A stretch of 64,000 bases of DNA from Rhizobiaceae bacterium. Lineage in GTDB: Bacteria > Pseudomonadota > Alphaproteobacteria > Rhizobiales > Rhizobiaceae. A program made the translations under genes and the position numbers. Below, piece after piece: positions 55,315 to 62,899 of this stretch. The first letter of the stretch is position 1; every line of letters begins with the position of its first letter. The stretch is taken from assembly GCA_965232405.1 (NCBI GenBank), contig OZ246966.1:1417731-1481730 (forward strand), written 5' to 3'. The notes below the pieces were generated by a model. The model did not search any database, was not told the origin of the DNA, and worked only from the letters and a program-made list of their open reading frames with translations.

Positions 55315-57462
55315 CTATGCCGCCGCGTCACCGGCAACGCGCGGCCTGCCCTGAGCGGTGGCGAGAATGCGCGCCTCGACGAACTGACGCCGATCCTCGA
55401 CTGTCGCGGCGTCGATGCTGGTTTCCACGTCGACGAAACAGTCTCCTGCGCCGGCGAGCCGGGCGCTCACCAGAGCCTGTTCGCGCGCCATGCGTGTCGC
55501 CGTCTCCACCGCTTCATCTTCGGCCCCGAAGTCCTCGACATGATCCCCGACAACAAGCCGGAAGCAGCCCTCGTCCGGCTGGGTAACGACAGCCTCGACG
55601 CCGATGCGAACCTGGCCGACCACCGCGCCCACGGCGTTGGCGACATCGGCATGAGCGGGCAGGATGCAATCACTGCCGACGAGCGGGCCAAGCGCCGCAT
55701 AGTGCAGCGGTGCCGATGCGCCGAGCCCGATGACCGGACGGTCGAGGCTCATGGCGAGCTGCGCGAAACGGGACTTGCCGTCGAGCGTGCGCTGGACCAG
55801 CGCGTGAGAGACAGCAGCCTCGGCGTCGTGGCCATCCTCGGCGAGTGCTGTTTCCAGTATCGCCTCGGCCGATCTGCGTGTGAGTAGCGCCAGCACGCGT
55901 TCCGACAGGGCTTCTCCGGACTGCGCAATGCGGTTTCCCTTGAGGTCGCGCCTCAGTGCGACAAGTTCCGCGCCGAGGCGGGCGGCTTTCGCATCCCAGT
56001 TGGACTGGCGGCCAAGCACGTGGGCGGCGTCGGATGGCGTGAAGCCGCATATCAGAACCAGACCCCGGGCAACGAGCCGGGCGAGCACGGCGGTCTGCGA
56101 ACCGCCCGTCAGCAGCCGGTCGAGCGGGATTGGTGTTTCGGGAATGTCGGCGAAGAGCCGCGCCTCGATCGAAGTCAGGCCGGCTGCGAAACGCTCGGGC
56201 AGGCCGGCGCGCATGGCAAATCGGCCGTCGAGACGGCCGGGATTGGCCGCACCCGCCTGACGCTCCAGCGGGCCGGTGATCGCATCGCCATGCAGCTTCG
56301 AGGCCAGCGACAGCGGCACCAGGCGGCGGGGACCAAGGCGCAGTCCGGCTTCGAGCCGGCTATCGTCGACAGCCACTTCGGAATCGCCGCCCAGCCCGAA
56401 GGTGCGCATGGCGACGGCTTCCACATGGGTGCGCATGCCGCCGACGCGGGCGCCTTCGGGATCGAGGCGCGGACGACCACCGTCCAGCAGTGCGACGTCG
56501 GTCGTGGTGCCGCCGATGTCGGAGACGAAGGCGGCGTCGAGACCGGTGAGATGGCGCGCGCCGATGATGGAAGCAGCGGGGCCGGACAGGATGGTCTCGA
56601 TGGGCCGCTGGCGGGCGAAGGCTGCCGAGACCAAAGCGCCATCGCCACGGACGACCATGAGGGGTGCGCGTATTCCTCGCGCATCCAGAAACCCTTCCGT
56701 TGCGGCGATGAGGCGGTCGATCAGGCCGACAAGGCGGGCATTGAGAAGTGTGGTCAGCGCCCGGCGCGGACCGCCAAGCTTGGCGGAGAGTTCGTGGCTT
56801 GCGGTGACCGGCAGACCGGTCGTTTCGCGGATCAGATCAACGGCTGCGATCTCGTGGGCAGGGTTGCGGACGGCGAAATAGGCGCAGACGGCAAAACCGG
56901 TGACGGTTTTGGCCAGCTTCGGCAGCGCCTGTTCGAGCGGCGAAAGGTCCAGCGGCCTGGGGTTGCCGTGCCCGTCATGCCCGCCGGGCACGAACACCAC
57001 CGGGTCTTCGCCGAGTGCTGTCTTCAGCCCGTCGCGGTCGAGATCGGCCTCGCCGAAGCCGATCATGACGAGCGCGGCGCGCCCGCCCTGCCCCTCCACA
57101 ATGGCGTTGGTCGCCAGTGTGGTGGACATGGAGACCAGCGCTACCTTGGCCGGGTCGGCTTTTGCCTCGGCCAGAACCGCATCCGCCGCGTCGGCGATGC
57201 CCACCGCCAGATCGTGTCGGGTGGTCAGGGCCTTGGCCTTGGCGACGACCTCGCCGCTCCCCTGCCCTCCGCTAGGGCTCCGGGCGTTCGTCGCTTCAAT
57301 CGACAAATCGTTGTCGATTGACCGGCCTCCGGCCGACCGCTCCTCACCCTTGGCAACGACCTCGCCGCTGCCCGAACCGTCTCGGTACAGAACCGCGTCG
57401 GTGTAGGTGCCGCCGGTGTCGATGCCGAGCATCAGCGGGGCGGAAGGCGTCCTGGCGTGCAT
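55315..57462 (-). CDS. Hydantoinase/oxoprolinase N-terminal family protein, carrying a 37-aa insertion
   Basis: GIDTGGTYTD, SGPAAS, DIGGTTTD, GLGGDS. Confidence 0.9.
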   Translation of the reverse strand: MHARTPSAPLMLGIDTGGTYTDAVLYRDGSGSGEVVAKGEERSAGGRSIDNDLSIEATNARSPSGGQGSGEVVAKAKALTTRHDLAVGIADAADAVLAEAKADPAKVALVSMSTTLATNAIVEGQGGRAALVMIGFGEADLDRDGLKTALGEDPVVFVPGGHDGHGNPRPLDLSPLEQALPKLAKTVTGFAVCAYFAVRNPAHEIAAVDLIRETTGLPVTASHELSAKLGGPRRALTTLLNARLVGLIDRLIAATEGFLDARGIRAPLMVVRGDGALVSAAFARQRPIETILSGPAASIIGARHLTGLDAAFVSDIGGTTTDVALLDGGRPRLDPEGARVGGMRTHVEAVAMRTFGLGGDSEVAVDDSRLEAGLRLGPRRLVPLSLASKLHGDAITGPLERQAGAANPGRLDGRFAMRAGLPERFAAGLTSIEARLFADIPETPIPLDRLLTGGSQTAVLARLVARGLVLICGFTPSDAAHVLGRQSNWDAKAARLGAELVALRRDLKGNRIAQSGEALSERVLALLTRRSAEAILETALAEDGHDAEAAVSHALVQRTLDGKSRFAQLAMSLDRPVIGLGASAPLHYAALGPLVGSDCILPAHADVANAVGAVVGQVRIGVEAVVTQPDEGCFRLVVGDHVEDFGAEDEAVETATRMAREQALVSARLAGAGDCFVDVETSIDAATVEDRRQFVEARILATAQGRPRVAGDAAA
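57237..57369. repeat. Palindromic insertion flanked by 22-bp direct repeats inside the hydantoinase gene
   Basis: CCTTGGC(g/a)ACGACCTCGCCGCT at 57237-57258 and 57348-57369; inner palindrome TCAATCGACAA-atcg-TTGTCGATTGA at 57296-57321. Confidence 0.85.
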
Positions 57463-57531
57463 TATGCGGCAGAACAAGAGAGCGGGGACATCATCCCCGC
57501 CCTTTAGCGTGGGCAGATGCGCGGCGGAAGA

Positions 57532-57906
57532 CTACTCGATCAGATTGATCTCTTCCGTCATGCCGCCCTGGCAGACATAACAGCAGGTCTCGCAGCCATC
57601 GACATCGCCGGGGCCGACGCCCCAATAGGTGCCGGGATCGCCGGACACCCAGGCGCCGTAGCAGATCGTCTCGCCCTCCTCGCAGGCGAGCGGCAGCGCC
57701 TTGGTCTCGCCGTCGTCGAGGTAAAACACGTTGCCGTTGCCCGGCCAGATGTGGTCGCGGTCCTGGCTGTAGAGCTCCACCTCAACGGCGAACTCATGAT
57801 GGTTGTTCATCAGGAAGGTGACGTCGCCGGCCGAGGCCGCGCCAAGCGAAAGAAAAAGGGCCGCCAGAGCGGCAGCGGCGCCGCGCGCCATCGCGTTGAT
57901 TGTCAT
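57532..57906 (-). CDS. Small secreted Cys-rich hypothetical protein (124 aa)
   Basis: Signal peptide ending ASA|GD, six Cys (C-x6-C, C-x2-CC-x2-C); ATG 57906 preferred over the longer ORF call. Confidence 0.8.
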   Translation of the reverse strand: MTINAMARGAAAALAALFLSLGAASAGDVTFLMNNHHEFAVEVELYSQDRDHIWPGNGNVFYLDDGETKALPLACEEGETICYGAWVSGDPGTYWGVGPGDVDGCETCCYVCQGGMTEEINLIE

Positions 57907-58101
57907 TGTTGTTCCCCAAAACTCCCGAACGGCCATTCCGGCCGCACAGCGGATATTCGCATGGCGGCGGGTGGAAGTGTAGCGGGCGCTAATGGAATAT
58001 TTGTGCGGTTCAAGGTGGGCGCTGCGCGGCGGCGGGGAGCGGAGGGCAGGCTTTGGACTAAGTCGCAATTCCTGATGCGAGGCGGCCTTCGCAACCGTTC
58101 T

Positions 58102-58267
58102 GGCATGGATCCCCCGGGTCAAGCCCGAGGATGACGACCGGGAGGGGGCCACCGCAAATCATCAGCCGCAGAGAGTTCCATCAAGCGGCGATTTCGGCAC
58201 GGCGATGGAGACTGGCGGAATGCATATCCACTTCGTCATCCTCGGGCTTGACCCGGGGATCCATGCC
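58102..58267. repeat. Inverted pair of REP-like palindromes
   Basis: GGCATGGATCCCCCGGGTCAAGCCCGAGGATGACG (58102-58136) and its reverse complement with one C fewer (58234-58267). Confidence 0.85.
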
Positions 58268-58304
58268 TGACCGTCGCCGCTTCACCTGCATATCAGTCAC
58301 TCGC

Positions 58305-58766
58305 GCTTCATCGTTGCCACGCCCGCCGAAGCGTCTGGCCGTTGCACAGCGCCGTTTCGCGAAGATCGCTGCGCGATCTCGCGGGGCGCTTTCGCGACGA
58401 TCACTGCGTGATCGCGCTATCGCCAGAACCCTATGGGGTTCGGCGTAGGAAGACGGGCGGCCGTTCAGTCGCTCATCTGTAGGTTACGCGCGACCAAAAG
58501 GCCGCCCGTCCGGTGTTCTTGCCCCGAGTACCTCTTTCGAGGTCACCTGACCGCCTTATGTCAGGATATTGTCCGCTCGTGGCTCTCCGCAGCTTTCGCC
58601 TCAGAGGCCGGGCTGGCCACCAATCAAGAGGCCAAGACACAGCTACCCGTGGGCCCGGAGCTGGGGGCTCATCGCCCAGCAGCACCACCGTAGTGCTGCC
58701 GATCCGGCACCGTCCCTGCCACGCTCGCCCGGTTCGCGACCCGCGTTCCCGTGCAGGAGATGAAGC
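58305..58766 (-). ncRNA. Candidate large structured non-coding RNA or non-autonomous repeat element (~460 nt)
   Basis: At least 7 hairpins, GAAA and cUUCGg loops and G-U pairs all favour the minus strand; termini GCTTCATC/GATGAAGC pair; TATCCT just upstream. Confidence 0.6.
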
Positions 58767-59179
58767 AAGGATAAGGGAGATTCAGAGGGCGGGGATAGAT
58801 TTTTTTGGAGGGGCGCGGGAAGACTCGCGAGAGAGATCGAGTGTCCCCTTGGGGAAGGCATTACGCAGCAGTCACCTACGGAATCGCCAACACTATGGCA
58901 TAATGACATATTTATATCTGAAATTTGCAATAATGTCAGTATAGTAGACCCATTCTGCAGTGCAGCGAGAATCGGTTGCGCTGCAATATTTGCAAATGGC
59001 AAAGAATCGGCTTAATGATTGATGCCAGTGGTGCCTGAATGCTGAGTTCAATGCCACTGGGAGGATAGTAGTAAGTTATTGATTTTTAAGAATGTTTTTG
59101 GCGCTCGGTAAATTGAAGCTTTCCGGGCGGGGAGTATTTCTTGACTCCGGTTTCTACTTAGCCCATCAGACAAATGTCC

Positions 59180-59325
59180 AAACAAAGAAACCGCCGCGAA
59201 GCTGGCGAGCCGGCGACGGTTTCCACGTTGACACCCGCACAGACTGAGCGTCGGGCGCGGGCGTATGGCTTTGTAGTACACTGATGTTGAATCAGAATAG
59301 CACGCTATGGTCAAGCCCGACGGTC
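59180..59325 (-). ncRNA. Candidate sRNA or structured leader divergent from the DUF1508 gene
   Basis: Minus-strand 11-bp hairpin GAAACCGTCGC/GCGGCGGTTTC + TTTGTTT, plus a CCCGCGC/GTGCGGG stem. Confidence 0.4.
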
Positions 59326-59353
59326 GCTAACGCCAAGTAAGGGAGATACCCCA

Positions 59354-59563
59354 ATGGCACAGCGTACCTTTCCTTCGTACTGGTTGTACAAGGACAATCG
59401 TGGCGAGTGGCGATGGAGCTACGAAGCCAGTAACGGCAGAACCATCGCTGTAAGTAGCGAAAGCTACAAACGTCGTGTCGATGCCGAACGCAGCATCGAG
59501 ATCATGCGGGAGTCGGCCAACAGTCCGACTTGGTATCCTGCAGATCTTGAGAACGCGGCTTAG
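59354..59563 (+). CDS. YegP/DUF1508 (UPF0339) family small protein, 69 aa
   Basis: YKDNRGEWRW...ASNGRTIAVSSESYKRRVDAERSI motif; SD GGGAG. Confidence 0.88.
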   Translation: MAQRTFPSYWLYKDNRGEWRWSYEASNGRTIAVSSESYKRRVDAERSIEIMRESANSPTWYPADLENAA

Positions 59564-59577
59564 GCCGCTCCTGGGGA

Positions 59578-59601
59578 TAGGTCGGTCGTTAGACCGGCCT
59601 A
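59578..59601 (+). terminator. Intergenic hairpin between DUF1508 gene and downstream ORF
   Basis: TAGGTCGGTC-gtta-GACCGGCCTA then TTT. Confidence 0.55.
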
Positions 59602-59632
59602 TTTCAGCGTGTTCCTAATCGAGAGAAAACCA

Positions 59633-60301
59633 ATGCCAAACTTCGGAATATCCGCATTCTTGCGGATCGTTCATATGAACGTTCGGCCCCAAAGGACTGA
59701 GCTGCGGAAACGAAGTGAGCCGCGCGACGGAGGTGGTTATGATTTCCACAATAGCCTTCGTCGCTTGGCAAATCGGATGATTATCGAAGGTGTACCCTTG
59801 GATGAGGTCCTAGCTGACGCGGCTCTTATTGTTAAGGAAGCGGAACGAAATTCTGCACGGCAAGGCTTGAGGCGCCTAAGCGCCTGGAGCGCCGAGAATG
59901 CAGGTGAGATTCTTAACTTTCAAAGTGTTTCGGTCCAAAGCCCCGATCGTCGTTTCTCGGTGACATATAAGCCAAACTTTGGACTGCGTTTCGGCCGAGA
60001 GGCAATTGCTATACATATTTGGAACACGGCAAGGCCGCGACTCGAAAATCGCATCGTCCGTGCTGTTCTCTCTCAATTTGCCGAGAGTTATCGCGATGCT
60101 GAGACAGCGCCCGATGATATCGCCGTGCTCTGCCTCCGAACGATGAGACTTATTCGGTTGGGTAATTCTGCTGAGTTTGCCGACCTAGGCCGGCTGATCA
60201 TGACGCACACAGATCAGACCCTTGCCGAAATCGCGAGCGACGACGGGCACCCGCCAGTACCTCCAGATGATCGGCCCGGCATACGGCCGCCCGGAGAATA
60301 G
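59633..60301 (+). CDS. Uncharacterised 222-aa protein
   Basis: Clean ORF with GAGAG SD before ATG 59633 in an AT-richer islet; no confident family. Confidence 0.8.
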   Translation: MPNFGISAFLRIVHMNVRPQRTELRKRSEPRDGGGYDFHNSLRRLANRMIIEGVPLDEVLADAALIVKEAERNSARQGLRRLSAWSAENAGEILNFQSVSVQSPDRRFSVTYKPNFGLRFGREAIAIHIWNTARPRLENRIVRAVLSQFAESYRDAETAPDDIAVLCLRTMRLIRLGNSAEFADLGRLIMTHTDQTLAEIASDDGHPPVPPDDRPGIRPPGE

Positions 60302-60370
60302 AAATTGGCTACCAGCCATCCATGTTAGACAATGACCGAATCGACGCCCTCCGCGCTTGAGTCGCGAGTA

Positions 60371-60478
60371 TGGGCACGCTGGCGGGACTTGAACCCGCAT
60401 CTCTCCGCTTGTACATTCACGATGTTCAGACGTGATGCCTTAGTGAAACAGAGGCTCTTCCAATTAAGCTACAGCGCG
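60371..60478 (-). ncRNA. tRNA-like RNA (108 nt) with canonical acceptor/D/T arms, encoded CCA and 39-nt anticodon loop
   Basis: Acceptor CGCGCTG/CAGCGTG+C+CCA; U8 A9; D arm GCTT-AATTGGAA-GAGC; anticodon stem TCTGT/GCGGA; variable GAGAT; T arm GCGGG-TTCAAGT-CCCGC. Confidence 0.85.
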
Positions 60479-60904
60479 TTTCCTTTGTGACTGTCGGATT
60501 AGGTAATCAACATCGGTTTCCGCAAGTTTCGATAGCTTGATGACGAGCGGATTTGGGTCAAGATAAGTTGCACCATCGGGCGCCTTAACGGGCGCCAACA
60601 ACTTAAGGTGCTCAAGCTGGGCAATGCTCCTTTGAACGGTACGCGGACTTGTTCCCATGCGTTTTGCGATAATCGACGAGCGCGGAAAGGGCTTTTGTTC
60701 CGCGTACCACCAGTGCATGAGCACATTAAGCAAGACAACCAAGTCCGTAGCCGACAACTCAAGCGTCTTTTGATGCTTCAAAAGTAAATCTGGAACGGCT
60801 TGGAACCCGGCATCTGCCGCCTTTCCCCACTTTTCGGAAATGCGCGGACCGCCGGATTCAATCTTTGCCGAGCCCAACTCGCTATTTGGATCAATCGATT
60901 TCAT
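60464..60904 (-). CDS. Winged helix-turn-helix protein (DnaD-N/HTH_36-like, mobile-element type), 146 aa
   Basis: GFQAVPDLLL, VLLNVLMHWW, PFPRSSIIAKRMGTSPRTVQRSIAQLE HTH. Confidence 0.85.
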   Translation of the reverse strand: MKSIDPNSELGSAKIESGGPRISEKWGKAADAGFQAVPDLLLKHQKTLELSATDLVVLLNVLMHWWYAEQKPFPRSSIIAKRMGTSPRTVQRSIAQLEHLKLLAPVKAPDGATYLDPNPLVIKLSKLAETDVDYLIRQSQRKRAVA

Positions 60905-60949
60905 ACCAAAATATTAACAGAACCGATTACCAAAATCAAGATATCTGTT
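60904..60949 (-). promoter_or_regulatory. Putative leaderless sigma70 promoter of the wHTH gene with flanking inverted repeat
   Basis: TTGATT-N17-TAATAT-tttggt-ATG; no SD; AACAGA/TCTGTT inverted repeat at 60916-60921 and 60944-60949. Confidence 0.55.
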
Positions 60950-61036
60950 TAACAACGCGGCGCCTGTGTCGCTTTTTCTGACGTACACGACATTTCGATC
61001 AAGAGTCGTCGGCTTGCCTAGGCGTACCCAGCGGGC

Positions 61037-62842
61037 CTAATCGCCCATCTTCAGCGCTTCGATGAACGCCGCCTGGGGGATTTCCACGCGGCCGAACTGG
61101 CGCATCTTCTTCTTGCCCTCTTTCTGCTTCTCCAGCAGTTTTCGTTTACGCGTCACGTCGCCGCCATAACATTTGGCAGTGACGTCCTTCCTGAGGGCCG
61201 CGATGGTTTCGCGCGCGATGACCTTGCCGCCGATCGCCGCCTGGATCGGGATCTTGAACATGTGGCGGGGGATAAGGTCCTTCAGCTTCTCGCACATGGC
61301 GCGGCCGCGCTTTTCCGCCGCCTGGCGATGGACCAGCATGGAGAGCGCATCGACCGGCTCCTCGTTGACGAGGATCGACATCTTGACGAGGTCGCCCTCG
61401 CGGTAGCCGGTGAGCTGGTAGTCGAAGCTGGCGTAACCGCGTGAGATGGACTTCAGCCGGTCGTAGAAATCGAACACCACCTCGTTGAGCGGCAGATCGT
61501 AGGTGAGCATGGCGCGGGCGCCGGCATATGACAGGTCGTGCTGAATGCCGCGGCGCTCCTGGCAGAGCGTGAGGATGGAGCCCAGATAATCGTCCGGCGT
61601 GAGGATGGTGGCGCGGATCCACGGCTCCTCGATCGAGGCGATCTTGACCACGTCGGGCATGTCGGCCGGGTTGTGCAGCTCCAGCGTGGAGCCGTCGGTC
61701 ATCAGCATGCGGTAGACGACGGAAGGCGCGGTGGCGATCAGGTCGAGGTCGAACTCGCGCTCCAGCCGTTCCTGGATGATCTCCAGGTGAAGCAGGCCGA
61801 GAAAGCCGCAGCGGAAGCCGAAGCCGAGCGCTGCCGAGGTCTCCATCTCGAAGGAGAAGCTGGCGTCGTTGAGCCGCAGCTTGCCCATCGCGGCGCGCAG
61901 ATCTTCGAAATCGGCGGCATCGACGGGGAACAGGCCGCAGAACACCACCGGCTGGGCCGGCTTGAAGCCCGGCAGCGGCGTGGTGGTGGGGCGGCGCTCG
62001 TCGGTGATGGTGTCACCCACGCGCGTGTCGGCTACCTCCTTGATGGAGGCGGTGATGAAACCCAGCTCGCCGGGGCCGAGCTCGCCGGTCAGCACCATTT
62101 TGGGCGTGATCACGCCGACGCGGTCGACAAGATATTTGGCGCCGGTGCCCATCATGCGGATCTGCTGACCCTTTTTCAGCTTGCCGTCGACGATGCGGAC
62201 CAGAACGATGACGCCGAGATAAGAGTCGTACCAGCTGTCGACCAGCATGGCCTTCAGCGGGGCGTCAGCGTCGCCCTCCTTCGGCGGCGGCAGCTTCTTG
62301 ACGATTGCTTCCAGCACGTCGGGGACGCCCTTGCCGGTCTTGGCCGAGATCATCACCGCGTCGGACGCGTCAAGGCCGATGACGTCCTCGACCTGCTCCT
62401 TGATGCGCTCGGGCTCGGCGGCGGGCAGGTCGACCTTGTTCAAGACGACCACGATCTCGTGGTCGGCATCGAGCGCCTGATAGACATTGGCCAGCGTCTG
62501 CGCCTCGACGCCTTGGCTAGCGTCGACCACCAGCAGCGAACCCTCGCAGGCGCGGAGCGAGCGGGAGACCTCATAGGCGAAGTCGACATGGCCGGGCGTG
62601 TCGATGAGGTTCAGCACATAATGCTCGCCGTCGGCGGCATCATATTCGAGGCGCACGGTGTTGGCCTTGATGGTGATGCCGCGCTCGCGCTCGATGTCCA
62701 TGGCGTCGAGCACCTGCTCCTTCATCTCGCGCTCTTCCAGCGAGCCGGTCATCTGGATGAGCCGGTCGGCCAGCGTCGACTTGCCGTGGTCGATATGGGC
62801 AACGATGGAGAAGTTGCGGATGTTTTTGAGAGGCGTGGTCAT
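61037..62842 (-). CDS. lepA: Elongation factor 4
   Basis: [42 protein letters not shown]. Confidence 0.98.
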   Translation of the reverse strand: MTTPLKNIRNFSIVAHIDHGKSTLADRLIQMTGSLEEREMKEQVLDAMDIERERGITIKANTVRLEYDAADGEHYVLNLIDTPGHVDFAYEVSRSLRACEGSLLVVDASQGVEAQTLANVYQALDADHEIVVVLNKVDLPAAEPERIKEQVEDVIGLDASDAVMISAKTGKGVPDVLEAIVKKLPPPKEGDADAPLKAMLVDSWYDSYLGVIVLVRIVDGKLKKGQQIRMMGTGAKYLVDRVGVITPKMVLTGELGPGELGFITASIKEVADTRVGDTITDERRPTTTPLPGFKPAQPVVFCGLFPVDAADFEDLRAAMGKLRLNDASFSFEMETSAALGFGFRCGFLGLLHLEIIQERLEREFDLDLIATAPSVVYRMLMTDGSTLELHNPADMPDVVKIASIEEPWIRATILTPDDYLGSILTLCQERRGIQHDLSYAGARAMLTYDLPLNEVVFDFYDRLKSISRGYASFDYQLTGYREGDLVKMSILVNEEPVDALSMLVHRQAAEKRGRAMCEKLKDLIPRHMFKIPIQAAIGGKVIARETIAALRKDVTAKCYGGDVTRKRKLLEKQKEGKKKMRQFGRVEIPQAAFIEALKMGD

Positions 62843-62899
62843 GGGGCGCGCATCTAGCAGGCCGGGCGCATTAGGCAAAGCGGGAAATGCGGCGGCGGA

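Noticed and set aside
58305-58766. Group II intron, RNase P RNA, 6S RNA, CRISPR array or retron
   Set aside because: No domain V or GUGYG end, no RNase P P4 motifs, no regularly spaced repeats, and no RT or cas gene in the window
58893-58925. dif-like site (GGCATAA-TGACATAT-TTAT)
   Set aside because: Spacer is 8 rather than 6 nt and the XerD arm is a poor match; kept only as a weak recombinase-core hint
58131-59314. Small ORFs predicted in this interval (58131-58448, 58433-58693, 58513-58944, 58643-59002, 59048-59314)
   Set aside because: Overlapping, low-complexity translations of palindromic DNA without RBS or homology cues
60371-60478. Calling this a standard tRNA-Val, tmRNA piece or group I intron-containing tRNA
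   Set aside because: 39-nt anticodon loop and C73; tmRNA lacks a paired D stem and no tag reading frame is seen; 32 nt cannot hold a group I core
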